From Gammaproteobacteria bacterium (lineage in GTDB: Bacteria; Pseudomonadota; Gammaproteobacteria; SZUA-152), in assembly GCA_013152545.1 (NCBI GenBank), contig JAADGF010000096.1:19110-83109 (forward strand): a DNA stretch of 64,000 nt, given 5' to 3'. The notes under the pieces were generated by a model. It saw only the letters and a list, made by a program, of their open reading frames with translations. It was not told the origin of the DNA and ran no database searches. This document shows positions 1 through 10,083 of this stretch, one piece after another. Numbering within the stretch: the stretch's first letter is position 1; every line of letters starts with the position of its first letter. The position numbers were made by a program, and so were the translations under genes.

Positions 1-395
1 GTTTCATTTTTAGTAATAGCAAATTCCAAACCAATTATTATAAAAATACAGGCCAACTTTACGCATTCTTAAAAAACATTTAAATAACAATATGTTATTG
101 TTTTGAGGTGTAATGACTGCCGTGTTAATGTTTTCTGAGTCTATTAACCTGGACGAATTTAACTAAAATGTACAGTATTACAGGTGGGTTATTGCTTTGT
201 TATGGTGCGTTTTGTCGCGGAAGATAGTTTGCAACGTCCAACTTTAGTGCTGGTACAGACATACAGTAAGCAACCAAGAAATACGAGCCAAACTTGGGCG
301 CCAAATAGGAAGGTTATCAAACGAGAAAAATCAGAACGCCTCGATTCCCCATTTACTTTGCGATGCCCTCCAATATTTCTCAAGTCAGGCTGGCG

Positions 396-563
396 TTAGA
401 AGCTTGTTCGAGCATAGAATGCCTGTTGAGGAAAAGCTCTTTCGGCTAGACTTCCACTCAAATGCGTTAAAAATGGCCGATATTCATTTAATTTGATCGA
501 AAAATTGGCCTCAAAATGTGGCCTTACTCCGTGGCGGCAGCTATTCTTGGATAGACTCCGCTT
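396..563 (+). mobile_element. MITE family A, diverged copy
   Basis: Left end TTAG-AAGCTTGTTCGAGCATAG and right end GCTATTCTTGGATAGACTCC resemble the ends of 45473-45660. Internal ATCGAAAAATTGGCCTCAAAATGTGGC matches ATCGAAAAAATGGACTCAAAGTGGC of the other copies. Confidence 0.7.
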
Positions 564-571
564 ACTTCTCC

Positions 572-1162
572 TTAAGGGCGTAATATTGATACGCGCAGAA
601 CATGCACCGTAATAGTGCTGGAATTTGCCAGAATCTTACCACTATCATCATGAATTTGAGCGGTTAGGGTGTGGGTGCCCCGTGCGATATTGGTGATTTC
701 AAACCCAGGTATCGTACTTGACTGATGTACTTTGCCATCGACAAGCACAACATAGCGATGCTTGGCATTTGCATTGAGTGTAGGGTTTGAGGTGAGTTGG
801 ACTGGAAAAATGCCACCATTGGCTCGGATAGCCTGGTCATTACTCGGTTGGTCAATTTGAAGGGAGGAATAACGGCTGCCAGTAGGGCTATTATCGGGTT
901 CGCCCTTAACAGGCTCATTATTTGAGCGTATTTGTTGTATCTGCTGGGGTGTTACGAGAGGCTTAAATGTCATTACTTTAGGTAGGGAAACAGGGGCTTC
1001 ATCTTTTTTCGTGGCTACATCGCTGTACGTGATATTGCCTTGCTCGTCCACCTGCTTGTAAATGGCGGCTTCGCTATGGGTAAACCATGTACCTGCAATT
1101 AATATAAGGGTGAATTGAACCGCTAGCGCTACTTTGTTATTGGGCAATGTTGAAATTTTCAT
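572..1162 (-). CDS. Exported DUF4124-domain protein
   Basis: Signal-peptide-like N-terminus, then IYKQVDEQGNITYSD (DUF4124-type motif), a low-complexity linker and an Ig-like C-terminal region. Typical neighbour downstream of glnA. Confidence 0.75.
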   Translation of the reverse strand: MKISTLPNNKVALAVQFTLILIAGTWFTHSEAAIYKQVDEQGNITYSDVATKKDEAPVSLPKVMTFKPLVTPQQIQQIRSNNEPVKGEPDNSPTGSRYSSLQIDQPSNDQAIRANGGIFPVQLTSNPTLNANAKHRYVVLVDGKVHQSSTIPGFEITNIARGTHTLTAQIHDDSGKILANSSTITVHVLRVSILRP

Positions 1163-1270
1163 ACTTTAAAGCGTAGCGAATTCTTGACCTTGACACAACA
1201 TTCTATAAGCTAACTGTGCCACTTTTTTAGGTTAAATCTTGTTTATCCGCTGATATCAGTTTTGCGAAAC

Positions 1271-1297
1271 AAAAAACGCCCCTGCTTCCAGGGGCGT
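1271..1297 (-). terminator. Rho-independent terminator of glnA
   Basis: 9-bp stem ACGCCCCTG/CAGGGGCGT with a 4-nt loop, followed by a U-tract on the minus strand, about 30 nt after the glnA stop. Confidence 0.85.
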
Positions 1298-1324
1298 CGT
1301 TTAGTGCAAGCTGTATGGCTTGGC

Positions 1325-2734
1325 CTATAAGCTGTAGTACATATCAAACTCCACTGGATGGGTTGTCATGCGCAGCCGGGTGACTTCTTCCATTTTCAGC
1401 GTAATATAAGCATCAATCATATCATCACTGAAGACTCCTCCGGCCGTTAAAAAAGCGCGATCGGTGCTTAGTGAATCCAATGCCTGATCGAGTGAATAGC
1501 AAACGGTGGGAATTTCCGCCTCTTCTTCGGGAGGTAAGTCGTATAAGTCCTTATCCATGGCTTCGCCAGGGTGGATTTTGTTTTGTATGCCGTCGATACC
1601 TGCCATGGCCATGGCAGCGAAGGCGAGGTAAGGGTTTGCCGTGGGGTCGGGGAAACGGACCTCGATACGGCGTCCTTTGGGGTTGGGGTCAAAAGGAATA
1701 CGAATAGAAGCCGAGCGATTACGGGCGGAGTAGGCCAGCATAACGGGTGCTTCAAAGCCGGGAACCAGGCGTTTGTAACTGTTGGTCGAGGCGTTAGTGA
1801 AAGCATTTAATGCACGGGCATGCTTGATGATGCCTCCGATGTAATACAGAGCTGTTTCAGAAAGTCCGCCATATTCATTACCGGAAAAAATATTTTCGCC
1901 ATTTTTGGCCAGCGATTGGTGTACATGCATACCGTTGCCGTTGTCACCTACGAGGGGTTTGGGCATAAAGGTGGCTGTTTTACCGTAAGCATGTGCAACA
2001 TTATGTACAACGTATTTTAAAATTTGATTTTGGTCGGCGCGATTTACCAGGGTATCGAATCGTGTTCCAATTTCGCATTGCCCGGCTGTTGCCACTTCGT
2101 GGTGGTGGACTTCGGTGAGAACCCCCATTTCTTCCATGGCAAGACACATCGCGGAACGAATATCATGCAATGAGTCAACAGGAGGAACTGGGAAGTACCC
2201 CCCTTTCACTCCAGGACGATGACCGATGTTACCGTCTTCGTAGACACGTTCGGAATTCCATTCGGATTCTTCCGAATCGATTTTATAAAAGGCACCACTC
2301 ATCGTTGCGCCCCAACGGACATCATCAAGAATGAAAAATTCTGGCTCTGGCCCAAAATACGCTGTGTCGGCGATGCCAGTGGATTTGATATAAGCTTCTG
2401 CGCGTATTGCGACTGAGCGAGGATCACGCTCGTAACCTTGACCGGTAGTGGGTTCGACCACATTACAACGTAAAATTAAGGTGTTTTCATCGGAAAATGG
2501 GTCTATCATTGCGGTTGCAGGGTCTGGCATTAACGTCATGTCTGATTCGTTAATGCCTTTCCAGCCCGCGATGGATGAGCCATCAAACATTTTGCCATCC
2601 GTAAAAACATCTTCGTTTATCGTATGGCTGGGCACGGTGACATGCTGTTCTTTTCCCCGGGTGTCGGTGAAGCGGAAGTCGATGAACTTTACTTCTTTCT
2701 CCTTGATTGTTGTTAATACATCACTAGCGGGCAT
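1325..2734 (-). CDS. glnA: Glutamine synthetase type I
   Basis: 469 aa with [34 protein letters not shown] and EVRFPD motifs; adenylylation-site region [11 protein letters not shown]; SD GAGG upstream. Confidence 0.98.
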   Translation of the reverse strand: MPASDVLTTIKEKEVKFIDFRFTDTRGKEQHVTVPSHTINEDVFTDGKMFDGSSIAGWKGINESDMTLMPDPATAMIDPFSDENTLILRCNVVEPTTGQGYERDPRSVAIRAEAYIKSTGIADTAYFGPEPEFFILDDVRWGATMSGAFYKIDSEESEWNSERVYEDGNIGHRPGVKGGYFPVPPVDSLHDIRSAMCLAMEEMGVLTEVHHHEVATAGQCEIGTRFDTLVNRADQNQILKYVVHNVAHAYGKTATFMPKPLVGDNGNGMHVHQSLAKNGENIFSGNEYGGLSETALYYIGGIIKHARALNAFTNASTNSYKRLVPGFEAPVMLAYSARNRSASIRIPFDPNPKGRRIEVRFPDPTANPYLAFAAMAMAGIDGIQNKIHPGEAMDKDLYDLPPEEEAEIPTVCYSLDQALDSLSTDRAFLTAGGVFSDDMIDAYITLKMEEVTRLRMTTHPVEFDMYYSL

Positions 2735-2900
2735 TTGAACCTCCTCGGTGTAGATATGATTGTTTTATTAAAACTTATCGTTATTATGCTAAGTCACTGA
2801 ATTAGATTGGCAACGATTCGGTTTACCATTGATTTGTCCGATAACTGCGTTAGAAGTGTTCATTTACAGATATCAATTCCGAGCCTGAAAAACTCCCTAC

Positions 2901-2915
2901 GCAGATAATGTGCCA
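2901..2915 (-). promoter_or_regulatory. Sigma54 (-24/-12) promoter of glnA
   Basis: Minus strand TGGCAC-ATTAT-CTGC has exact GG-N10-GC spacing, upstream of glnA. Confidence 0.8.
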
Positions 2916-2979
2916 TTGACAACTTGTTTATAAAATTCAACCAACTGGCATACGTTAGCTGTGTTGGTTTTTCGCTAAG

Positions 2980-3026
2980 CGCACTGTTTTGGCGCAATTA
3001 ATAGCCTAAAACCTCGTTTTGGTGCG
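2980..3026. promoter_or_regulatory. Tandem NtrC enhancer sites for glnA
   Basis: CGCACTGTTTTGGCGCA (2980-2996) and the weaker AACCTCGTTTTGGTGCG (3010-3026) resemble TGCACC-N5-GGTGCA. Centres are 30 bp apart, about 100 and 130 bp upstream of the predicted sigma54 start. Confidence 0.7.
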
Positions 3027-4214
3027 CTACTGCAATAAGACTTCTATGCTGCCAATCGGCTGATCTTCTTTTGCGCTATTAAGTAATTGCTCCGACAGCA
3101 GTGATTTTTGCACTGAGCTTTCAATGTAGCCAAGCGGCAATGTTAACTCTATATGGATTTTGCCGTCCAGATAATGAAGTGTAATATTCTTAATATCAGC
3201 CGGTTCTATCAATGATTTCCAGCGCTGTGTGAGTGATTGCAGTAGTTCTTTCCGTTGCGGCAGTCCTTCATTGTGCGCCATAAGCTCGTCATCCTCGGGG
3301 TCAATATGTACCATGACATCAGTCACTTCGTCCACTTGTTTTATAAGCTGTTCGCGCACTTTTTCCCCGATAAAATGTCCTTCAGATACGCTGAGTTTTG
3401 GTGGCACCAGGATATGCACGTCAACTAGGGCATCTCCGCCCATACGGCGGGAGCGTAGCGAGTGTAATTGCTTTACACCGTCTACTTTAAGGATGGCTTT
3501 GTTGATGGTTTCCACGGTATCCGGTTCAAGGCCTGTATCGACCAGTTCCCTAATGCTTCGCACGCTAAAATCCCATCCAATTTTAATGATCATTATGGCG
3601 ACACCAATAGCCGCCAGTGCGTCCAAATATTCAATTCCGAGCATAGTACCGCTGACACCAATCAATACGATAACAGAAGATATGGCGTCTGAACGGTGAT
3701 GCCAGGCATTGGCTCGCAGGATGTTGGAGCGGAATTTATCTGCTACTCGGATGGTGTAGTGATATAAACACTCATTGGCGGTAATCGATATCATCGCGAC
3801 GATAATGGCGAGAAAGCTGGGATGTAAGAGAGCCCCCGGTGTCATGATTCGCTGCACAGCATCTATCGCTAGTCCACAGGCGACCATGATTAATAAAAGC
3901 CCTAAAATAACGGTGATAACTGTTTCTATACGACCGTGCCCGTAAGGGTGATTGGCGTCTGCCGCCCGGCTGGTGTGTTTTGCAGCGATAAGCACCAGTC
4001 CATCGCTAATCAGATCTGATAATGAATGAATGCCATCGGCGATGAGTGCCTGGGATTGGCTGATATAGCCGAATACAATTTTGATTACCGCCAGGAAAAG
4101 ATTGGTCAGCGCCCCAATTAAGGTTATTTTTTTAGTCTGCTGGTAACGCGCCTGGGCAGCGGGGTTGTCAGCCGTCTGGTGCCCATGGTTATGAGTCAAG
4201 ACCGTTGACCTCAA
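3027..4214 (-). CDS. Cation diffusion facilitator (CDF) family transporter with extended C-terminus
   Basis: ADGIHSLSD, HPYGHGRIE, NAWHHRSD and VHIDP motifs with six TM segments. The true start may be the TTG at about 4199. Confidence 0.9.
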   Translation of the reverse strand: MRSTVLTHNHGHQTADNPAAQARYQQTKKITLIGALTNLFLAVIKIVFGYISQSQALIADGIHSLSDLISDGLVLIAAKHTSRAADANHPYGHGRIETVITVILGLLLIMVACGLAIDAVQRIMTPGALLHPSFLAIIVAMISITANECLYHYTIRVADKFRSNILRANAWHHRSDAISSVIVLIGVSGTMLGIEYLDALAAIGVAIMIIKIGWDFSVRSIRELVDTGLEPDTVETINKAILKVDGVKQLHSLRSRRMGGDALVDVHILVPPKLSVSEGHFIGEKVREQLIKQVDEVTDVMVHIDPEDDELMAHNEGLPQRKELLQSLTQRWKSLIEPADIKNITLHYLDGKIHIELTLPLGYIESSVQKSLLSEQLLNSAKEDQPIGSIEVLLQ

Positions 4215-4425
4215 TTAGGATAGTGATTTCGTCATTGTCGTTATTAATCTCCAATACTTTGTGGCCATTAATTCTGCTCCAGGTGGGGATGTCGTTTACG
4301 CTTCCCGGGTCAGTGCAAACGACGCTTAATCGATCACCTTGTCGCAAGTTTTGCACAGCATTTTGGGTACGAATAACAGGGAGTGGGCATAAAAGTCGCC
4401 TTGCGTCGAGATGGTGTTCGCTCAT
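4189..4425 (-). CDS. tusA: Sulfurtransferase TusA/SirA family
   Basis: 78 aa with LDARRLLCPLP (CPxP) and TDPGSVNDIPTW. Confidence 0.9.
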   Translation of the reverse strand: MSEHHLDARRLLCPLPVIRTQNAVQNLRQGDRLSVVCTDPGSVNDIPTWSRINGHKVLEINNDNDEITILIEVNGLDS

Positions 4426-4474
4426 GGTTATTACCTTAATTTATAGGGTGTGCCCCTGGTTCCGATTGATTTTC

Positions 4475-5563
4475 CTATAAATACCATGTTTTTGGGATAT
4501 CTTCTTTGGCCAAGGGTTTGACGTGCAGTGACGTAGTGTCGCCATTCATGAAGCAGACATTGATGCTAACCTGATTGGCATTTCGGCCTTGAGAATAACG
4601 GGCCAGCAATTGTGCAGCCAGTTGCAGATCATCGTCTTGGGCAGTGCCATCAATTAAGGCTAATGGGCCTCCGTGGCTGGTGGGATAGAGGTGCGTGAAT
4701 GCTTTACGGTAACCCTCTAAAAATTTGGTTTCCCCTTCTTCGCGGCTAATGATGATTTTAAAGTGCTGGCGCGGCCGTAAATGGCGCCCGACTTTTAGCA
4801 GCATGATGTCGTCTAACTCGTACTCCCGTGAACCGCGATTTTCCCATAAATCACTGAGTTTATTGGCGTAGGATGCATCTGTCAGAAAGCAGCAACCGCC
4901 AGCAGGTTGGGCATATTCGGTGATACCAAACTGCTCCGCCAATGCCATTTGCGGTTTACGTGAGCGGCCATGAAAGTCATGTAGTTTGTCGCGATCAACC
5001 CATGCTTCCCGTTCGGGTAAGGTGGGCGGTAGTTTTTTTGCGCATAAGGGCCGTAATAACAGGTCGCCTGCTCCTGATTCCCGTTCTATCACCGGGAATG
5101 TGTCCCGTCGTTGCGACATGGGACGTTGTCCCATCACTTCACCGGTAATGATAAAATCGAAGCCGTGTTGTTGCATCCACTCGTAGGCTTTGCCCACCAT
5201 AAAGCCTTTACAGTCAAGGCATGGGTTTAAATTAGCGCCGTAGCCGTGTTTGGGATTGATAACCACTTCTTTATAGGGCTCAATCACATCCACGATATGC
5301 AGCTTGATTCCAAGTTGCTCGGCGACCCATAAGGCATTGTTGCGCTTGGATTTGTTCTGATCTTTTTTGCGGATAGCATGGGTGTGTCCTTCGACACAAA
5401 AACCCGTAAAAAAATTAATGCCTTCGACGTGGATCCCTTGATCAATGATAACTTTGGTCGCAAGCATTGAGTCCAGCCCGCCAGAGATTAAACTGACCGC
5501 TTTGCGCTGAGCAACCACTATTGATTTGAGCGGAATTGTACTAGGCGTTATTGAGCTTGACAT
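4475..5563 (-). CDS. PP-loop tRNA thiouridylase-like protein (ThiI/MnmA-like, Cys-rich subfamily)
   Basis: SGGLDS PP-loop, FTGFC, CLDCK, GEVMGQRPMSQ, GGCCFLTD and VGRH motifs; adjacent to tusA. Confidence 0.75.
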   Translation of the reverse strand: MSSSITPSTIPLKSIVVAQRKAVSLISGGLDSMLATKVIIDQGIHVEGINFFTGFCVEGHTHAIRKKDQNKSKRNNALWVAEQLGIKLHIVDVIEPYKEVVINPKHGYGANLNPCLDCKGFMVGKAYEWMQQHGFDFIITGEVMGQRPMSQRRDTFPVIERESGAGDLLLRPLCAKKLPPTLPEREAWVDRDKLHDFHGRSRKPQMALAEQFGITEYAQPAGGCCFLTDASYANKLSDLWENRGSREYELDDIMLLKVGRHLRPRQHFKIIISREEGETKFLEGYRKAFTHLYPTSHGGPLALIDGTAQDDDLQLAAQLLARYSQGRNANQVSINVCFMNGDTTSLHVKPLAKEDIPKTWYL

Positions 5564-6046
5564 GTTGGTTAATATACATCTGGTTGATTAATTGTTTTAC
5601 AGTGTAAAAATCAGGCTATTTTAGCGCATTTTCAGTAATATTGCTCGCCAGGGTCCACAACACTTTGAGCATAGGCGGCTGTGCTGTGCTAAAACGGTAA
5701 GATTTTTTCGAATATTTTGGTTGGGTTTGCCTAAAACACTTAACCTGTTGGCACCGATATGGGGGCTACGCCTTTGTTCAAAATAACCACAAAATTGATC
5801 TAATTAAGATATTTTAGGCATATGCAGGTTTCTGAGGGGGGGGTAAGCATGGAGTAGAGAAAAGCAGGTTGGCACGAACCAGGCCATCTGTTCTCGAGTG
5901 GCCTTTTTCTGATGATTAGGAGGAGATGCTCTGTTTTTGATTTTACTCCGAAGTATCAATTTCGTGTATTAAATAACTAATGTTATGCACCTTTAGATTG
6001 TGAATCAGCAGCTTAAACCAACATTGCCGCATTTACAATAATCTGG

Positions 6047-6649
6047 CTAGCGAATCTTACTTTCCGTGCCATTGATGAGATTTCGAATATTGTTATGGTG
6101 TCTGAATAATAAAAAAATGCTGATAATGATAGACATCAGTACCAGTGCTACATCAGATTCGATGATCCAGAAAAACAATGGCGCCAAACAAGCGGCTGTC
6201 AGTGCTGCCATCGATGAAAACTTAAACAGCCGTGCCACGATTGCCCATGTGGCTACCAGTGCCAGACTTACTTGCCAGGAAATGGCGACAATGACGCCGA
6301 TGGCAGTAGCGACACCTTTGCCTCCTTTGAAAGCAAAAAAAATGGGGTATAAATGACCTAGGAACGCTGTTAGCCCAATCACGGCTAAATTGACATTGGG
6401 TGCTTGTAACGCCTGGGCAATCAGTACGGGAATAAATCCCTTGATGGCATCACCGAACAAGGTAATCGCCGCCGCTTTTTTGCCGCCAATACGTAACATG
6501 TTCGTCGCTCCCGGGTTATGGGAGCCCTGAGTGCGAGGATCGGGTAATCCCATTAATCGACTGACAATGATGGCGGTGGATAGTGAACCCATTAAATAGG
6601 CTAGGCACACGAGACTGTAAAAACTTAAGGTGAGTTCAGGTAAGGGCAT
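6047..6649 (-). CDS. plsY: Glycerol-3-phosphate acyltransferase PlsY
   Basis: GSHNPGATN, GHLYPIFFAFKGGKGVAT and RHHNNI motifs; divergent from folB. Confidence 0.95.
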   Translation of the reverse strand: MPLPELTLSFYSLVCLAYLMGSLSTAIIVSRLMGLPDPRTQGSHNPGATNMLRIGGKKAAAITLFGDAIKGFIPVLIAQALQAPNVNLAVIGLTAFLGHLYPIFFAFKGGKGVATAIGVIVAISWQVSLALVATWAIVARLFKFSSMAALTAACLAPLFFWIIESDVALVLMSIIISIFLLFRHHNNIRNLINGTESKIR

Positions 6650-6757
6650 GGTGTTGTTGTTTAAATGTTGATCAAGTTGGATTAATAGCTATTAAATCGT
6701 TATAGTATGGCTGTTTTTCAGTATCAGTTAATCATTTTGACAGCCATGGAAAAGTGA

Positions 6758-7114
6758 ATGGACATAATTTACCTCAACGATTTAGAAATCGAAACAATTA
6801 TCGGAATATTCGACTGGGAACGCCGGGTTAAACAGAAAGTTCGCATAACACTGGAAATGGCAACAGATATCAGCAAAGCAGCGGCCAGTGATCACATCGA
6901 TGACACATTAAACTACAAATTGGTTGCAAAGCGATTAATAGATTTTGTGGGTAACAGCGAATTTCAGTTGGTTGAAACCCTTGCCGAGCGTATTGCCAAC
7001 ATTGTTCTCAGCGAGTTTGATATTCCCTGGGTGCGATTACGTATTAACAAACCTGGAGCGGTGCGCTACGCTGGTGATGTGGGGGTTATTATTGAACGAG
7101 GTAATCAGGTTTAG
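6758..7114 (+). CDS. folB: Dihydroneopterin aldolase
   Basis: IGIFDWER, LNYKLV, LVETLAE and KPGA motifs. Confidence 0.95.
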   Translation: MDIIYLNDLEIETIIGIFDWERRVKQKVRITLEMATDISKAAASDHIDDTLNYKLVAKRLIDFVGNSEFQLVETLAERIANIVLSEFDIPWVRLRINKPGAVRYAGDVGVIIERGNQV

Positions 7115-7138
7115 GCTTATTTCTATGGTCAAATTATA

Positions 7139-7636
7139 ATGGTCAAAGTATATGTGAGCGTTGGCAGTAATATTGAGCGCGAGCAGAATATTCGTTCAGG
7201 CGTTGCCCATTTACGGCAACAATTTGGGGATCTGATGCTGTCTTCAGTGTATGAAAGTGTCGCCGTGGGGTTTGAAGGTGACAATTTCTATAATCTGGTG
7301 GTGGGGTTTGAAGCCACTGATGCTTGGCAAGCAAATGATATTCTTCATCAAATAGAATATGGCCACGGTCGAAGGAAGGGAGGCAAAAAATTTGCGGCGA
7401 GAACCCTGGATATGGATTTGCTGCTATTTGGTGATTCAGACTTAAGGCTGAAAGGGTTAGATGTGCCCCGAGAGGAAATAACGCGATACGCGTTCGTGTT
7501 AGGGCCCCTTGCTGAGATAGCGCCACGAGAATTACACCCCACGCTGAAAACGTCTTATTTGGACATGTGGATATCCTACAGAAATAACGCTCCTTCAGTG
7601 GCTGATTCCATATGGCCTGTTTTATTCGCTTGGTGA
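7139..7636 (+). CDS. folK: 2-amino-4-hydroxy-6-hydroxymethyldihydropteridine diphosphokinase
   Basis: VSVGSN, FYNLVV and ARTLDMDLL motifs; directly after folB. Confidence 0.92.
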   Translation: MVKVYVSVGSNIEREQNIRSGVAHLRQQFGDLMLSSVYESVAVGFEGDNFYNLVVGFEATDAWQANDILHQIEYGHGRRKGGKKFAARTLDMDLLLFGDSDLRLKGLDVPREEITRYAFVLGPLAEIAPRELHPTLKTSYLDMWISYRNNAPSVADSIWPVLFAW

Positions 7637-7930
7637 ATTTTAAGTCATATAAATCAATATGTTAAAGTTGTCTTGCAACGTAAAGTTCATTTGGTTGAAG
7701 CAAAAATTGATAAATTTTGTTTAATGCTTACCGATATAGGGGGCGGGTACCATCAAAAACAGGTAATTATCTGGGTGTTTTGGTCGCTAAATGTTTCATT
7801 TTTATCACGGTTGCACCTTGCCGGGCAAAAGAAACGGCGCCTCGAGTGGGCAGCAAGCAGTGATGAAAATGAAACGTCAACTAGATTCGAGCATGTCACC
7901 TATAATCAATAGGGGACAGACGTTAACACG

Positions 7931-9157
7931 TTGGGGAATCGGTATATCAATATGCATGACGGTAATGACACAGTAAATTTACTTGTCGAGGAGCCTGGGG
8001 CGGCGTCAGCAGCAGTGCTTAAGGCGCGTATATTAATCGTTGATGATTCAGCCACGATTCGCGCCACGCTGTCTCGTGCCATTGGAAGTGAATTTGATTC
8101 CATAGAAGCCACTAATGGTGAAGAGGCTTGGGCGTGCTTGGAAAGAGATGAATCGATCGATTTAGTGGTCACGGATTTGGATATGCCATGTCTTGATGGT
8201 TATGGCTTAATCAAAAAAATGCGGACTCACAGCCTTAGCCGCATGAACAACATGCCAGTGATTGTTGTCACTGGTGCAAATGATACCGAAGCAAGGGAGA
8301 AAGCTTTTGTCGCAGGCGCAAACGATTTTATTGCTAAAACCAGTGATCATGTGGAGTTTCTTGCCCGAGTAAGGGCGCATCAAAAGTTAGCTCAAACGAT
8401 TCAGGAACTGGAGGAGAGTCGGCGTTTTCTAAAAGAGCAGGCTAACACAGATCCGTTGACCAAGCTGGCAAATCGCCGCAATTTTTTTCAAGTGGCAGCA
8501 AGTAGTTTGTCGCAAATGCAACGGCAAAATGAGCATTTCAGTATTATTATTCTCGATATTGATCATTTCAAACGTATCAATGATACGTACGGTCATCAGG
8601 CGGGTGATTACGTATTGCTGGAGTTGGCGAAAGTATTGCAAAATGCGATTCGGGAAGGTGATGCACTGGCGCGTATGGGGGGGGAGGAGTTCGTGGTGGC
8701 TTCACCTTACACAAACCGTTTGGCCGCTATTGTTTTATCGGAACGCCTGCGCAAGGCAGTTGAATCAGCTGAATTTGTTTACGAAGGTAACCGCATCCCG
8801 GTGACTATCAGCCTAGGTATCGCTTCGATGGCCAAAGGAGGGGATGATGTCGATAAACTGTTGGCCGTGGCAGATTCCCGCTTATATCTTGCCAAGCAAA
8901 AAGGTCGAAATCGTATTTGCGCGTCAGATAAAACCAGCCGTGCTGATCGCGTGATGGATGTGGAAATGGAAATGGTTTGCCCCAAGCTTGATGACGCAAT
9001 TACCATGATCAAGCATGGCAATACGTTCAGGCTGATTCCCCACTTACATGAACTAGTGGAGCAGTTGATTCCTATATTGGAACTGGTTAATAAAGAAAAT
9101 GCTGATTCGCCGTTGGACCTCAAGGCCATTAAAAAAGCTTTTGGGGCATTGAAATAA
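7931..9157 (+). CDS. Response-regulator diguanylate cyclase (REC-GGDEF)
   Basis: REC domain (IVDDS, VTDLDMP, FIAK), DPLTKLANRR, intact GGEEF, RxxD I-site (REGD) and an extra C-terminal tail of about 60 aa. Confidence 0.92.
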   Translation: MGNRYINMHDGNDTVNLLVEEPGAASAAVLKARILIVDDSATIRATLSRAIGSEFDSIEATNGEEAWACLERDESIDLVVTDLDMPCLDGYGLIKKMRTHSLSRMNNMPVIVVTGANDTEAREKAFVAGANDFIAKTSDHVEFLARVRAHQKLAQTIQELEESRRFLKEQANTDPLTKLANRRNFFQVAASSLSQMQRQNEHFSIIILDIDHFKRINDTYGHQAGDYVLLELAKVLQNAIREGDALARMGGEEFVVASPYTNRLAAIVLSERLRKAVESAEFVYEGNRIPVTISLGIASMAKGGDDVDKLLAVADSRLYLAKQKGRNRICASDKTSRADRVMDVEMEMVCPKLDDAITMIKHGNTFRLIPHLHELVEQLIPILELVNKENADSPLDLKAIKKAFGALK

Positions 9158-9237
9158 TTATGCTCACCTACTTAGCATTGCCATTCGCAGAGAATGAGTT
9201 CCTCCTGGCAATTTGCCGCTTTACTGCTTTTACCCTG

Positions 9238-9828
9238 TTACTGTTTTATCCAAAGTAAGGCGCGGTTGTTGACTGGCATCTCATAATTGTTTTGTAATTG
9301 TAAGCCCTGTTGCGAGGCGAGTTTATCCAGTGCTTCAATATCACGAATACCACTGGCAGGGTCGCGTCCCTTTAACCATTGATCAAAACGAGCATTGCTT
9401 TCGCTGCTATAGTGTCCACCCTCATTGAAGGGGCCATACAGACAAAACTTGGCCTGATTGTCTAATACGGACCCAATACCACTAAACATTTTTGTGACCT
9501 CTTGCCAGGACATAATATGTACTGTATTTGCACTAAAAATGCCATCAAAGGTGGCGGTGGGCCAGCGATGTTGCGCGACATCCAATGCCAATGGCGGTAG
9601 TACGTTGTCTATCCCTGAGTCATTTGTCCAGGTGATAATGCTAGCATGATTCGATACAACATCACTGGGTTGCCATAAAAGGTGGGGGAGTTCAGTGGCA
9701 AAAAAAACAGCATGTTGGCCTGTGCCGCTGCCAATCTCCAGTATTGTGTGGGCGGCAGAGAATTCTTTTTTGAGGATGCTCAATAACGGTAATTTATTTT
9801 CTTCACACGATTCTGAAAATAGTTTCAT
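9238..9828 (-). CDS. DUF938-type SAM-dependent methyltransferase
   Basis: LEIGSGTGQH, WQPSD, YGPF, GIRD and MPVNN motifs. Confidence 0.85.
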   Translation of the reverse strand: MKLFSESCEENKLPLLSILKKEFSAAHTILEIGSGTGQHAVFFATELPHLLWQPSDVVSNHASIITWTNDSGIDNVLPPLALDVAQHRWPTATFDGIFSANTVHIMSWQEVTKMFSGIGSVLDNQAKFCLYGPFNEGGHYSSESNARFDQWLKGRDPASGIRDIEALDKLASQQGLQLQNNYEMPVNNRALLWIKQ

Positions 9829-10083
9829 GGTTGAACCTGCGTTTGTCAGTTTAGTGCTCCTTGGTTATGTTAACTCTTTGAAATAAATATAAAATATTGT
9901 GTTTTTTTATCTGCACTCAACGGGGGCAGGTGACTATATGTAGGCATGTATTTTATCATTTTTGGGTGATAGATGCTGTTCAACTAATGATTTTAGGTTG
10001 AAGTGTCGCAGGATCACGCATACTGAGGGGGCTGTGGCGACTGTCTACCGCGCGGCATATTGCTTTGCATAATTACTTGCATA

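Noticed and set aside
184-399. Short ORFs 184-399 (+) and 189-383 (-)
   Set aside because: Mutually overlapping, with no recognisable motif or SD. The 184-399 stop does coincide with the TTAG at a MITE end, so a weak case remains.
603-619. NtrC-like box TGCACCGTAATAGTGCT
   Set aside because: It lies inside the DUF4124 coding sequence (STITVH) and can be explained by codons. A role at an off-window ntrB promoter cannot be tested here.
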